This document shows, piece by piece, positions 26,901-40,700 of a DNA stretch of 64,000 nt. Source of the DNA: Raillietiella orientalis (Eukaryota); assembly GCA_036172245.1 (NCBI GenBank), contig JAYWIR010000003.1, forward strand, positions 868,001-932,000, in the 5' to 3' direction. Below the pieces are notes generated by a model. That model was not told the origin of the DNA and did not search any database. It saw only the letters and a program-made list of their open reading frames with translations. The position numbers were made by a program, and so were the translations under genes. Numbering within the stretch: position 1 is the stretch's first letter; the number at the start of each line of letters is the position of its first letter.

Positions 26901-28299
26901 TTGGAGCACACTTTCAGTCAGGACTTTGACTTTCTTTCTTTCGTCCCCCCCCTCTCTCTCTCCCTCCCCCCCCCCCCCCAAAAAAAAAAAAAAAAATCGA
27001 TGCATGCAGGAGTGATGGGTGTGCGAGGCAGAAGTTGCCTCGTGCTCATTGTACATTGGTACTTGTAACGTGCGCACCCACACACATCGTGGTAAACCCC
27101 CGGAGGTTGCAGTGTTTTGCTAGAGAAGAGCACTCGAAGGCAGGAAGCCACGGATCGTTGAGGAGAGTCCGTCAAACAGAGCGCGATCTTTCGGATCTCA
27201 TGGAGGAGGAGTGTGGCCGGCTTACCGCTACGTCTGACCTTATCTGGGACGAGGGACAGATGCTCCTCCTCCGCCTGCACTCTTCCTGGACTCCCAGAGC
27301 TGCTGACGAACGGGCGCTGGGTTTTTGCGCTCGTGGAAAATCAACGAGGACCGTGTTCGGAGATCCGGAAGGACATCAATCGATGGACCCTCTCCTCCGA
27401 TCCGCTCTCGCGAACCCAAAGAGTGGAGGAAACCCGTCGAGCTGGAGGCTGCCGTTCGGAGGCGGAGAGCCATCGCACGCTCCAGCGTGAGGGAGGAAAC
27501 TCGCGTGGTCCGAGCGAGTCCGTTGCCGGCCGGCCCCTATCTCTCTTTGGACCGTGGCTACGCTGAGCTGGGCCCCACTCCGAAGTTCGCACTCCCCACT
27601 TCCCCCACTGGAAGAACGTGGGCTGGCAACTTTAACGGCAAAACGTGAGCGGCAAAATTCCCTATTCTGTGAAGGAAGCCGTCGCCTCTGCAGAAGGAGG
27701 GGAGGTTCAGGGGAGATAGGATGCGCCCTCAGGGATGATCGAACGAGACGGCGAGGGAAAGGAGGGTCAGGGAGAGGGGACACTTGTAACGCGTGCGCAT
27801 GCAGCATGACCTTCCCTAGGGCATGGGACAAGGAAGGAGCGCAGTCGCCGAAGAGGCATGGAAGCAAAGAGGGTGTCCTCCGCGAAGACCATCCCCCGTG
27901 AGGCGATTCAGTGGTTTGACCTCCCGGTCAGTGGGAGCGCGCTAAGCACGCGGCCCCTCAGGCGAGGGAGAATACGAACTCTCGAGGGACCGACTTTTCC
28001 CAGGATCGAGGGTCAGGCAATGTAACCTCGTTCCCCTCACGGGACGCGCCCCTTCGCCAACGGGGGCGCCTCTGGGCGGCGGTAGTTCCTGCCACCGCCC
28101 AGCAGGGAGCGGACAAAGCGCTTCTCTGCCGGATCAAGGCGGACCGGCACCGGCAAGGAGCTCAGCAGGGAGCGGAAGGAGTCCCAGATTCGAGGGCGGG
28201 GGAGGGGAGCGCGAGGAGGAGGAGGAGGCCCTTCCATCCGCTCTCCGAGTGAGGCACCTCCTCCGCGTGCGACCTGCAGCCGACCCTCCGCCGCCGGAC

Positions 28300-28900
28300 G
28301 GCGTGGCCACCCGCAGGCGTCGCCGTCCGGCGATCGGCGGGGAACCCAAGAGGAGAGATCAGACCGGGACGCAGGTCCTCGAGACTGACAGAGTAGACCG
28401 GGAGCCTCTCCTTTCGAGTGACTGGGCCATCGGGACCACACCAGAAGGGTGCCAGAGGTCCTCGGACCTGCGCTCCTTTGAGCGTTCTCCCCTGAGAGTG
28501 CCAATCCCGTCTGTTCCTTCTACCTCCTCACCCCCCTGCTCTGCTTCATGACTCTTTCGGGCGGGATGGAAGATGGGATCACCACCCCATCCCACCTTCC
28601 CATCCTTTCTTGCGTTTGCTCAGCGCCATTCTCCTAAAGGGATGCTCAGGAAGGTATTCCCACCTCCTCCCCCGAGCCTGATCACCGATCCGGAGTTCCA
28701 TCGTGCGTAGGTTCGGGAAGCTGCGGAGAGCGTGCGTGGATGTGGTCACCGAAGGGAGGATGGCAACGCGGCGGAGGCTTCCGGGTGTTTCAAGGAGGAG
28801 AGGGAGAGGGTGGGTATTCTTGTCAGGAGAGGACGCGCGGAAAGAGTGGGGAGGGAAACTCCACCCTCGGACCCTTCCAGCCTCACTCCCCGGGACAGGG
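28300..28900 (-). mobile_element. Degraded LINE apurinic-endonuclease fragment
   Basis: Ordered remnants KNTH, RVAIL, WEYLP, GGDP, EDLWHP and GSRSTL match the QETH / GVAIL / NxYAP / GGDFN / DxWR / SRxD series. Confidence 0.45.
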
Positions 28901-31249
28901 TACACTCGCGCCTCGAGGGACGGTGGTGGTGGCGACAACACTCTCCGTGTCGGCGGAAGGGTGGGGGGCAAAGACGTGCCCTCCGGCATCGTGCGCCGGA
29001 GGTTGTCACCATCCATCTGCCCGTGGAACGATGCAAGAAGCAGAGTCAGCTTCGGAGACTAGAGGTTGACGCGGCGGTCTCGTGAGGCTTGCTCTCCTGC
29101 CTTCTTAAAGGTCTTTCTGGGTCACGCCGCGAGCCCATGGGTGGTTCCTAAAGTCATACGGAGACGCCCTCCGACATGCGGAACGGAGAAACACGGGAGA
29201 TCCTCCCACGCCACCAGGGGGGGAGAAAGGGGAGAGGTGAGGCTGGAGATCGGAGAGGGCCCTCTCCCTAACCTTGGAACTCTCCGGGAGAAAGCCACGC
29301 ATCACGAAAGAGCGCCCTCCTGGAGCTGCTCCCATCCCAGAGACAGTGGCTCCGCAGACCCCCATGTGGCCCAAGATGGGACAGCAGCGGGAGGAGTAGG
29401 GAGTAAAGGAGGCGGCCCTCGAGGGTGGAGGGGAGAGGAGCGCTCGACGACCTGAGTGCCCACTGACATGAAGGCGACGCCATGGACACCTCGTGCCCGG
29501 CCGCCGGAGATCTTGGAAACCCATAAACTCATGAAGTCAGGAAGGGACTTCCGGGGGTCACCTCAGCCTCCGCAGTCCCCGGCTAAGAGCGAGAGGGCGT
29601 GAGCGTTCTTCGCGGAAGAGTCCAACGACGGGCCGTGGGGTTCCTCTGCCCAGACGCCGTCTCAGCCGTCACCGGGGAGGCGACTGTCCCCTTGCGGGTT
29701 GGGGAGCCGCGGGTTCGTCGGGCTCGCTGCCGCCACTTCCCCGCCTGCATCCCTGCAGGCGCTGCAGCTCGGGGTGGGGGTGGAAAGCCCTGCGGCAAGG
29801 GAGGGGGAATTCGTGGGGCCCCCGGACGGCCTCCACGGGAGTCCCTAGAGTCGAGTGGACATCGTCCAAGAATTCCTCCCTTCTCCGCTTCGCCGCCTCG
29901 CCTGCGCCCCCTCTCGAGCGGGCAGCGAGGGGCACTGCTCCGCGGCGCGGCGGGCGCGAAGCAGGCTGGCCAGCCCGGCGGGACTGCCGGAGGTCGCCGG
30001 CGGCGGGTTCCTCGACGGCGGGAGAGACGGCCTTTTCCGAAGGTCCTCCGGAAATTTTCCAAGACTCTGGAACTCCTTTCTCTTCCGCTCTTGCTACTGC
30101 TACCGTTACCGGAGCTCGCAGGAGGCTGAGCGGTTGCCAGCAGCAATGCCTCGGGACTCCCATGGCAGTCCTCTTCGTGCCGCCGTGGTCCCGCGGGAAA
30201 AGGAGAGAAAAGGGAGAACGGGCGTGAGCATTTAAACCCCCGAACTGTCCCCTTTCTGAAGCTGAGGGACGCTCCGTGGAATGGCTCGGGCTCTCTCCGG
30301 TTGCCAGGAAACCGCGCGAAGAGGAGGGATGGGATCGAGAGTGCGCGCCTTCCCCTCTCCACGGCGGAGTCCAGGACCATCCATGCCGAATTCTTCCCCT
30401 CCCCAAACTCCCAGGTTTCACCCTCTTCTTTCGCCCTCTTCTTCTGCGCTCCCTGAAGATCAGCACCCCTGAGTCCTCTTCCTCCTCCTTTCTTCACCCC
30501 CACCGCGTCCCTCCCGCCTCCTTTCCGAATTCCCGGACCTCAACGGATTTCGCGGATGCGTGCTCCCTCAGCCAGACCCGAGAGAAGGAGCAAACCCGTC
30601 AATCTTCCAGGATGGAGGCTGGCAGGATCCACCCCGTGATCGGGAGGTCAAGGACCTCCGGCAACCGAGATCCGATTCCCGACAATCACAAGAGGTGAAA
30701 AAAAGGAAGGAAGGAACACGGGGAATTCGTCCCGGATGGCAGGAGGAGGGATGGGAAGGAGAAGACAGGGTGTCGCCCCCTATCGTACTGTTCCTCGCCA
30801 GGGCTCGTGGCGCGACCTCTCCTGGCTGCGTCGCCCCGGGAAGATTCCAGGTGCACTCGTGACCCGAAAGTCATGGAGGCGGCAACGGGCCCTCATCTTG
30901 CGGCTGGTTTCCTCCTTGGTCGCTCCCCGCGGTCTACAGCCTCCACGCTCTCTCCTTCCCGGTCGAAGGTCACGGTTCTTGGGGGAAACAAAGAATCGGG
31001 CTGCTCCGAAGGATGCGGAAGGGAGGCGAGCGAGGCAACCGCAGCCAAGGGCGCCCGTCGGCGCGACTTGCAGCCTGCAGCCAAGGTGTCGCTGCCATCA
31101 AGACGACCGGTAGCTGTAGCTGTCATCGTCGTCCCCCCCTTCCTCCCTTTCCTGCCGCCGCCTTTGCTCTTGCGACTAGCCCGCGTTGCTGAGGCAACCG
31201 AACCGTTTCGCGGTCGCGCGCGCGCGCGCCATCAGGTCCGCCCGATCCG

Positions 31250-32320
31250 AGAAAGTGGACTGCATGGGACATGACTGGAGTCCTGCAAAGGTCAAAGAGT
31301 CAACACCACTCCCGATTCCATCTGCAAACTGGAGCTCCGGCGGGTGGCCAAGCTGACCAGGACCAACAACTGGATCCCTCGCAGGCCCGCGAACGGTAGT
31401 GCCTGGTTACAGGAAACCGCTCGCACATGGACCAAGAACAACGAAGCGAGCGCGGAGACGTGGCAGCGACTGCTGCACTCCTTGTACAGCAACTGCTCTC
31501 TACAGGGCGTCATCGTGCAGCCCACCACGTGTGCGTGGGTGCAAAGAACTCCCTAGCCGCAGCACTGCCCTTCCTCAAGGATCACCTGGGCAGTGACCAG
31601 CTGGCCAAATGGGAGGTCAGTTGCGAAATAGGTCTTCGGACGAAGGAATTAGGTAGTTGGATCCCACGGGCCAGCTCACGGGCGCTGAGACCTCAATTGC
31701 CCCACCGAAAGGACTATTGTGCTGAGGTGAGCTGCTAAGAATTCCTCTGGAAGACCTCGAATGGCTCCTTCAGAACTGAAGAACAACAGGGCTCTCCCCC
31801 TGAAGTGGCAGGAGTCAGCACTTCTGCTGTTGCACTGGGGTCTCCCGTGCAACGCTCTCCACTCCAACTGGACCCGCGAGGCTGTGGATCCAAACTGTTG
31901 CAGGTGTGAGGAACGGAAATCCCTCCCACACCTGCTCGTAGACTGTGTTACCCCCCGATCCCTGTGATTGCGTCACACAACGACCCTTGGGGCGTCAAAG
32001 GACAATCCCAGAGACGTGTTGAAGTGCCTCTTCGTGCGCGACGCCCTTTCGCCTTCCATATCCCCAGAAGCTCTTTGCTGCTGCCTACCCAGGATTGTGG
32101 TGGCCTGGAGCTACGCAAGGGGGGGGGGGACAGCGAGACAGGGACGCCATCTTTTCTGTCCTGCGCTTCTCGCGGACGGCAGCGAGATGGCATGTACCTG
32201 GGCATATTCAGATGGAATTTGCTGGCATCCTGGAAAGTTTGCAGAGGACACCCTCCAGGAGACAGTGATCCCTCCCCGTGCCCCCAGAGTTTTTTTTTAT
32301 CATTGATTTTTATTTTTGTT
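31250..32320 (+). mobile_element. LINE ORF2 3' end with RT-associated zinc finger (zf-RVT-like)
   Basis: ALPLKWQESALLLLHWGLPCN...PNCCRCEERKSLPHLLVDC (CxxC...H...C). A paralogous inverted copy lies at 35640-36410. Confidence 0.75.
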
Positions 32321-33179
32321 GGCCCTTCCTCTGCCGAGACCAACCTCGCCGGCCTGCGTGCCGGTGACTCGGCAGGTCACGAACATTTTCGGACAACGTA
32401 GTGCCTATGGTCCCACACATGTATGTATTATTTTTATAGGAAAAGTCCCGGCGTGTCCTGGTGATAAACCACTTCCGATTCCGCCTGCTCCTTCCGACAT
32501 GAGGTCCCGGAATGAATGAACTCCCCACTAAAGCGCGCGCACGTCGAATCCTTCGACCCCTCCGCGCGTATCCCGCCCTTCCGTAACCGGGGGCTGCGGG
32601 ATTCATCCCTCTCCGCCTGCCGCCTTCCTCTGCAGTTTCCGCGGACGCTTCTGAAGGTTCCTCCGCCGCTTCCCCTCCCGCGCCTCCTGGCCCACGCGAT
32701 CCCCGTCCGAAGCACGGAGAGGGACTCCCTTGCATCCTCGGAGGACCCTGGGGTGCTTCCCTGAAGTCGCTGGGAAGCGACGGCAGATCGTCCTCTTCGA
32801 CCCTCCCCTACGTCCCGAAATGGGGCTTTATGTTAACCGCTACCGGCCCCTGCCGACGCCTCCTTCTCCGGCTCTTACCGACTCTTCGCTTTCTCCCTCG
32901 TCCCTTCGCCGAGCGCAGGAGGGGTTCGAGGGAGGAGGGAAGTTCCATTTTCGCAGCTCACCCCCCGTTCCCTCCTCTCATCCTCGCCCAGGAAGGGGCG
33001 AATCCTCGACGCGACGACCCTGCTGAGGAGTCTGTGCCCGCAGACCGAGCAGACGCGATGGAGACAGAGGGGAGAAGCGAAGGAACCGCGAACTGCGGGA
33101 AGCCAGGCACGAGGGATACGGAGGCGCACTCGGCGACTGGCAGCGAAGCTGCCGTGGAAGATTCTCATGCCCGAATCTC

Positions 33180-33850
33180 CATGGAAACAGGGAGCAGATG
33201 CGCGCGAGTATTGATCTCCCCGAGCGCGGTTTCCGCAACCGACGGCTCCACGTTCCTTCGCGATGTCCGGGACATTCGCTGTCCCGATGCCACCGATTCT
33301 TCTTACCGGGTGCCCACCACCACCTCCGGGATGAAGGAAGGGTGGTGCTGCCGTAGCTGCCTCCTCCTCGTGAAGATGCGCTGAGATCGTTGGCGCGGTC
33401 ATCTCCAAGGAGACGGAGCCGTGCATGTGCACTCTAAGGCTCGAATTACCGTTGTCCCCCCCTCGCGACCTGCCACCCAGGCGTGGCTCGCCAATGCGGC
33501 TCCCATGGAGACGTGACTGCTCGTGCCTGGAGCTATTTTCGGAACCTGAAGAAGAGGGCAGAAACGCCTCGAAAGGTCACCGATGCGATCTGGAGGGTGG
33601 TCCACGGCCCTTTCTCGGGTATTTCTATTCCACGCACAGGGGAGCCGCGGCTCCGAAGGCGAGCAGGCGTCAGCGCGGGAACGGCATCCCAGGAGAGCTG
33701 ATAACACCGATTGGAGTCGGGCGGCACCCTCGTGTTTCTCCGGGACACGTGGGAGCGCGTTCTCGAGAGGAGGACGCGGAAGCGCCTCTGGAAGCGCGCC
33801 CTGCACTTCGAATCAGCTGGAGAGGACCTGAGAATCTCCAGCGGATGCGA
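33180..33850 (+). mobile_element. Degraded LINE endonuclease fragment
   Basis: FLRDVRDIRC, LELFSEPEEEGR, FLGYF and TDWSR...AFSRGGRGS occur in APE order. Confidence 0.35.
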
Positions 33851-35639
33851 GCGAACCGGTAGCCATGGAGCCCGGCTCCGGACCCGGCGCGGGAAGGAGG
33901 CAGGAAGCGAAAGGTCCCGTCTCCAGCTGCGTCCCGAGAAGAAGTCACGCCGCACACAGGGCGGGACCTCTCGCCGCAGGAGGCTCTAAGAGGGCACGCG
34001 AGCTCGGAGGAGGTGCCACTTCGCCTCTTCCACTTCCAGCATCTCTCCTCCGAGGACCGCTACTCGAGAGAGGGCAGATCCCGGAAAAAGTTCTGTTTAT
34101 TCTGGAACCGCGCCGTGCCCTTCTCTGCCCTCTTGCCCGATGGCCTTCTGGAGGCCGACGAGCTCACTCGCGCTCACGGAGACTCGACACGGCGATGGAG
34201 CTGGATGGACGGATGGACTAAACGTCCATCCGGGGTCCTGAGGGATGAAACCTCTTCCCCACCCTCTGTCAAGGAAGTTCTGCAATCCCGTGGCAATCAG
34301 CAGTGGGGAGACGATGCCTTCCTCCCGGACGCCTGCCGACATCGCACGGATGTCCAGGCGTCCCTGACTGCTGGGGCAGCTGCCCCGGTTCCAGCGGCCG
34401 CTTCGGAATCTCCATCCAAGTCTGGTCGGGATGGGGAGGCAGCGCGTCCCGAATGGAAGGCGAGGAGGCAGATCGCCCCACGCTGCACCCCACCCTCTCA
34501 TCCAGGTGCAGAGCCTTTGAAAAATCCTGCCCTGGAACAGGGGGGTTGCTCCCCTTGGCATGGCCGTCGCTTCCCTCTCGCGGAGAGCAGAGGAGGCGGG
34601 AGACGCCGCCAGCGACGTCGCGGGGACAAGGGTAAAAACCCCGGGATGGGCTGGGCTCGCCTCGACGACGACGACGCAGCCCCTCCTGTCCCTCCTCGGA
34701 GAACTCCTCGCCTCCGGGCAGGTCTCTCAGGAGCTAGCGTGAGAGGCACGCGCAACCCGCAAGTGGCCTTCCCACTTCGCCTTCGCTGGGCAGTCCCACG
34801 CACCACTGGACAAGGGGGATTCTGGTCTCAGGCTATTGCGCCGGACGGCCGGAACTCTCCTTGTCCAGCGGTGACTGAAGTCGGATTACCCTTCCACGCG
34901 CGCACCTGCTAATGAGGCGCACGGCCCTCCGGAGTGGCGCGGGAACGATCGTTTGCCATCCGTCCCCCGGTGGACTCGCGCGAGAAGGAGGTCGCCTGCC
35001 CCCCCCCCCTCCCTCCACGGAACAGTGACAGCTGCGAGACACGGCGCTAAAAGGGCACGGCAGCGGACCGCCAGAGACGCTGCCCCCGCGGTTCGTTCGT
35101 CCATCAGGACGCTTGCATCCGCGGAGTCACAAGGACGGATCCTCCCAGCATCCTTGGCACAGTGAGGAGGATCCACGGAAGAAGGCCAACTGGGACCCTC
35201 TACCTCTCGCCCGTCATGCGGTCAAGAAGGACGCGCATCGGATGCCAAGGAGACACCTCGAAGAAGGTCTACCTTCTGGCGCCGCTCCCGTGAAGGCCTC
35301 GTCCCGGGTTTCCGACTCGATAGCTGCGGCTGCTCCATCCAGCGTTCGCAGAGTCCGGCCGGTGTCCCGCGAACAGCAGCAGCAAAGAGGATGCTGGAAG
35401 AGAGAGAAAGCCAGTGTTGGTAGCTGCATGCCTAATGTCCTTGGGCGCGGCACCGAGAGTCGCGGATTCGAATCCCTCCCGGGGGGGGGGGGGAGCAGGG
35501 AGGCGTCGAGAAATGGAGTTGACGCCCGGTCACGCCAGGGCGTTCATTTATTAAAAATGAAGCTTAGACGTCAAAGTTCTGCTAGGGATGCGTCTGGTAT
35601 GAGGGCGTCGCACAGGAAGAGGCGCTTCAAAACGTCTCT

Positions 35640-36410
35640 GGGATTGCCTTTAGGTATCCGCAAGGATGCGGCGAAGCGTTCCCTACATGGGGTGGAGGGC
35701 AAGACAATCCACTAGTAGGTAGCAGGTAGTCCACGCTCCTCGCATCCTGATACACTCCGGGTTCACCCCTACCCTCCGCGTCCAGTGATGCCGACGGGCG
35801 TTGCACGGGAGGCCACAGTGCAATAGCAAGGTCGCCGACTCGTGCCACTTTAGAGGGAGGGTTGCAACATCGCTCCAACACGCTGGGGGCCACCCTATCT
35901 CCGCCGGAGGAGTTTATAGCATCTCTTCCCGGTGTAGCAGTCCTTTGGGTGGGACACTCGGGGTCGCGGCGTGCGCCAGCTCCCAAGTTGTCCACGCACC
36001 CAGATGTTTTTTCCTGCTCCTATCACTCAGGTCACTTCCCACTTCGCTGGCAGTTCAATACTCCTCTGAGGGAGGGCGGAACTGGGGAGAGGGGGATGAA
36101 CGAAGCCCACAGCATATTCCTGGTGTTCTCCAGTATCTACCTGTCGGCTGGCGAGCCTATCTGCTGTCCCAAAGGCAGATGAACTCTGCTTCGCCCGTGC
36201 CGTTGATTTTTCCCCATAGCTCTCGCAGCCAGGCAGTCCAGTTCGCGGGAAGGACGGTGATCCAGGGGCTCTTCTGCTCAAAGGCAACCATGTGTCGCAA
36301 CTGGGGGCCAAGATGGCCAAGACGTCGCTCGGTGGCCACGACGACCGAGGTCAGTCCTTCGCAGCCGAGAAGTTTGTCACCCGGATTTTCCGGGGCACTA
36401 ATTACCAAAT
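35640..36410 (-). mobile_element. LINE ORF2 3' fragment related to 31250-32320
   Basis: TLPLKWHESATLLLHCGLPCNA..HWTR and PANWTAWLRE align with ALPLKWQESALLLLHWGLPCNA..NWTR and PANGSAWLQE. Confidence 0.7.
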
Positions 36411-36599
36411 GCTTTTCAAAAATTTCATAATAAAGTCGTATTTTTACAATATCGTGTTAGAACACTTGGTTCTACTCTGCGCGAAAGACTTGCCCAAAAC
36501 CGGTACGGAGACCGGTGAAGTCCTCTCCAGCGTCGAAGGAGGAGGAAAAACCAACCAAAAAATAAACAAAAAATGAGAGAAACAAGGGAGGGGAGGGCA

Positions 36600-37350
36600 G
36601 GGAAGGGATCACTGCTCGCCTGGAGATGTCCTCTGTATCCTGTCCCGGATGCTGACAAGTTCTACATCTTTTCCTGGAAGTTGGGGTCATCGGGAAGCGG
36701 TCTTCAAGAATATTTGTTCCCAGTGGATGGCATCCCTGCTATTGTGGCCTCTTCTGGCGTTCGACATTGCCTCGATTCCGCTACACAGCAGAGAAGTCAG
36801 AGATGCGGCTTGGGGCAGAGCGTAACGCATGAAGGAGCTGGAAAAGCTTCTTGAAGTCGCCCGCCGGGATTTTGAGGATCGAGAGTCGATCCCAATGGGC
36901 ACGGAGATCGGCACAGTCTATTATCAGGTGCGGGAAGATTTCCCTTTTGCCGAGAAGTGGAGGGTTTCGAGTGGGTTTCGAGTCCCCCCCCGTCCCCTCA
37001 AGATGACGCTGGTTGGCCTGCAGGTTTCGAGGTGCGGCACTGCTGGGAGCCAGATGCCCCCGTTGACCGGTCGGGATATGGAAGTTGCTCTCCGGGGTCC
37101 TTCTAGGGTCGAATCGAGGAGCCCTTCGGGGTTCCCCTCCGGCTGTTAAAATGGAGTCGGTTGATAGCCTCCTCAGGAAGGGGTCGTCCCTCCAGAGTGC
37201 AAGAAGCGCGCTGCTCCCTTCGGGGAGCACCCTTTACAGAAAACGGGGAGCGTCCCTTCGGGGGGTTCTCTTCAGAGGAGGAAAACGAGGAACGGTTCGC
37301 TTCCAGGTTCCCTCTCAACGTGGAATGGTCCCTTTGGACGGTGGCCCCTG
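36600..37350 (-). mobile_element. LINE ORF2 post-RT fragment related to 52240-53000
   Basis: PLPEEAINRL, RRATSISRPVNGGIWLP and IHWEQIF. Shares the exact blocks CAAGATGACGCTGGTTG and GGAGCCCTTCGGGGTTCCCCTCC with ~52319-52468. Confidence 0.65.
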
Positions 37351-37899
37351 GACGGTGGTGTCAAAGAGCTTAGCCCCCCCCCCCCCAAGGACACAAGCGG
37401 TTCTTCAGCACTCCTTGGAATCTCCCCTTCTCACCCCACAAAAAAGGTGGAAGCGAGCGGCGGAGGACTCCAGGTTCCCCTAGCTGAATAGGCTGCATCC
37501 CTTCGCAGTCCCGGAGCGCCGACTGGGAGCATCCCCGACTCCCGGGCTTTGCACCTCTGCGACGTCTCCTTTGCCTCGGGGCGTTTTCGGTCTGCCCGTT
37601 CCGTTTCCTCTGCAGCTCCGCCGGCACTGCAACGCCTGGTGCCCATTGCGCGACGCTTCCAGGCGACCTGGAGCCCGCTGAAAGGTGGGGTCCCTGCCGG
37701 CCACCAGATGGGCGCCTCTTCCGATTTCCTTCTCTGTCGGTGGCCGCGGAGTGCTGGTCGGGCGTTGCCACAGTCTTTGGGCGTTTCTCGGCCGGCTGCT
37801 GGGCCGCTGGACTCTTCCGCTCGCTCGAGGGACATGGTGACCTTCTGGGTTCTCTGGTTCACCCCGGAGTTCCTCCTCCGTCTCTCCCAAAGGAGTCCC

Positions 37900-38400
37900 C
37901 CTCTTCCTTCTTCCCTTGCGGTCGGCACGCTGCTGCGCCATCGCGACCGCATCCCGCCCAGGGATCAGCTCCTGCCCTTCTTCTTGCCCCGTTCGTCTGC
38001 CCTTCTAGACGGGTTACTTTTCTGGCCTCGGCGAAATCCCGTCGTCCCGGGCGAGTCAAGCGGGCCGAGTCCAGGAGGCGGGAGAACGGGAGGATACACA
38101 CTGCTACAAACGGTCCCGTGCCGGCGACTCTTCCTGTGGGGATCCTTGCCTCAAGGTCACAGGTTCCCCCGTCGCTTCACTGGCCCTTCCTTGGGACGCG
38201 GTTGGCACGTGACCGCGCGCGCCACCGGCTCCGCTCGGGGCTCTCGGGGGCGAAGGTATTCCAGCAGGGACGAGTTCTCGTGGCATGCAGAGCTGCTCCT
38301 GGTCAACCAACCCCCTTGGCTCCCCGATGTTCTCCTCGCTATGAGTGCGCAGTACGCACCGCTTCTGGAAAGCACACGTGTGCGTAAACACCCGAGCGAA
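37900..38400 (+). mobile_element. Degraded LINE post-RT fragment
   Basis: RRLFLWGSLPQGHRFPRRFTGPSLGRGW resembles FLW...P...GGLG of L1/Tx1 ORF2. Confidence 0.4.
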
Positions 38401-39549
38401 GGCGCATATGCAAGGAGAAAACGTACACGCGTGCTTGGTCGCGCACCCGGAGGCAGTTCAGCGCACGTGCCATCTTTCAGCCGGGCAGTGCCTGAGTCTC
38501 CTCCGCAGCACGGTCGGCCCGCCGCCAGGTGGTCACCTTGGCAGCTCGGTCACCCTCGCGCTCGGCCGTTTCGGTGGCTTCCCTTCCAACATCGGGGAGG
38601 GAAGAGGGAAGGGGGAAGAGAATCTCTCGTGATTGGTCCGCGCACACGACCAGTCACACGTCCCGGAACTGCGCTCCAGCGAAGGGCCACCCGTCCGCAG
38701 TCCACGCCCTCCCGCGCGCCGGGCCACGCAGGCCGGGCGGCCACGGCTCTCCCTCGAAGGCCTCCGAGAGTGGCCGGCAGAAAGGGAAGCTGCGATTTAT
38801 GGAGGGCGGACGCCGTGCTCCCGGGCAGTCTCGATGGGTCCGCTCGGTCGGTGGACGGCGCGCCCCGTTCGTGCCGCCGCCTTCCGCGAAGCTCCCCGGT
38901 TCGAGGCGGCGGCGGTTTACCCTTGGAACCCCTGGATCACAGGAGGGTTCAGAGACGAGGCCGGAGGAATTTCGCGACTCTCGGAGGGGAGCGCGCGTGT
39001 CCTCTGCTTCTCTTCCAGATGGGCAGGCGTGGCGCGGGCACCCCCCCCCCCCCTTCCCTCATCCGCACAGAGGAGGAGGAACGAAGTAGCAGGGGAGGAG
39101 GAGCAGTCGCTGAGCGGTCCGAGGCGGCTTCCACGAAGGTTTCGCTACGAGTCCACACCTTCCGAAGGGTGCTGGGGCGGGCACAGCGGGGTCACCCCAC
39201 CCCAGCGAAGGGGGAAATCCACCGACGCGAGGTCCTTCCTTTCGGCTTCCTCCTCCCTTTCTTCCTCTTCAGTTCCCGCGACCCGAATTGCGCTGAGCCA
39301 AGGAATGTGCCGCAGGCAGTAGCGGCGCCCCGCAAGATCCGTGGCGAGCCGACCGGCTCGCGCGACCCTGCGCTGGAAGAGCGGCGACGAGAGAGGAGGG
39401 ATATGAGCTGCCCTGGGAGAGAGACTCCACGGGCCTACTGAGAGGGTGATGGGGATCCGCCGTGACGTTGCCGGAGAGTGCCCAGGGGTGGGGCGAAGAG
39501 GGCTATTTCTTCTCCCCCGCTCGGAGTGAGCGCTAGGATCCCCCTCGCT

Positions 39550-40700
39550 TGAGAAGGCGCGCTCCTGCGTGTGGATTCCCGGGTCCCTGGACCTCCGCTC
39601 CCTCTCTCTTCAAAATCCCACGGGAGAGGACCCATCCCTACACATGCTGTTGGATCGCTCCAAAAACTGCAGCAGGGATGGACGCGCCATCCCGGAGCTA
39701 CTCGGACCCCGCAAAGAGTCGAAGAGCCTGCCAGGAACCAACGTCCCCTCGCCGGAAGGAGGCCGCGGCCGGCAGCTCCATGCGAAATGCAAGGGAGCGG
39801 TCTGCGCCGGGGTGGGGTAAAACGAGGAAGTCCAGGGCGATTGCGGCCAGACCGGCTCGATGCCGGTGACCGCTTCCCATCCTTCCCCATCATCCGTCTC
39901 CCCCCCTCTTTCCCGAGGAAGACCATGCCAGCCGCCCTGCGCCACCCTATTCACTTTTATTTATATGCCGGTTCTCCTCCCAGACTGATTTCTGTCCCCA
40001 GCAGGCCCTTGCCTTTCGGGCTGTCACGCGTTGGCTCCTTCCATGCTATGCAAATTCCATTTGCGCAAACGGCCGGGCGATCTGAGAACAAGAGATCCCG
40101 TCCTTTTCCAGATTCCAGAGGTGACGGCTCTCCCTGCCGGAGGCGTTCCGAGCATCAGCAGCTCACGGGTGAATCATTCCAGTGTCCTTCCATTCCCTGA
40201 AGAGCCTCCGAGGATTCCTCTTCGCGGCTTTCTCCCCGGAGAGGAGTGCCCGAGGGAGGAGCTCCGCTAGCCGGGATCGACGGCGGCGTCCGCAGGAGAA
40301 GAGGACGTCCCGCGAAGTCGGGAACTCGCGATCGGCGGGATTTCCCGGAGGCTAAAGCACCGGAACGGGCGATTACGGAACGAGCGCTGGATATTGGGAT
40401 ACTCCAGGGGAAGGAAAAGAAGAGACGCTCCAGAGACGTGCCGGCGTCTCCCCGGCTGAGGTCACGATGACGCTCTAGGAATGGATAAAACGTTTGCAGC
40501 AGCCTCCGGCAGTCCTCAAGGACATGGGGAGTTGCCTGGCAGACGTAGAGGGAAGTGGAGTTTCCGCAGTCTGTTCTGCCATTAGGGACTCATGCTGACT
40601 GGAGGATCCGCGGATGGTTGGAGACCTGTTACGCGTCACGGGCGCGGGAGGGCGCGTGATGCGTGCTTCACGCCGCGCACCTGGAGGCGGGTATGAGCAT
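39550..40700 (-). mobile_element. Degraded LINE RT fragments
   Basis: RNRSPTIRG...QLPMSLRTAG (~40500-40640) and LVPGRLFDS (~39730) resemble KSPGPDG...GxLPxSxR and VPGRSIxDN. Confidence 0.4.

Noticed and set aside
35455..35490. B-box-like GGATTCGAATCCC (similar sequence at 52244-52260) suggesting a tRNA or SINE
   Set aside because: Flanking homology places both in minus-strand LINE ORF2 remnants; no cloverleaf.
37549..39441. 630-aa plus-strand ORF
   Set aside because: Arg/Pro/Gly-rich, with no domain or codon bias. Stop-poor GC-rich DNA explains the length, and the only protein-like part is a LINE remnant.
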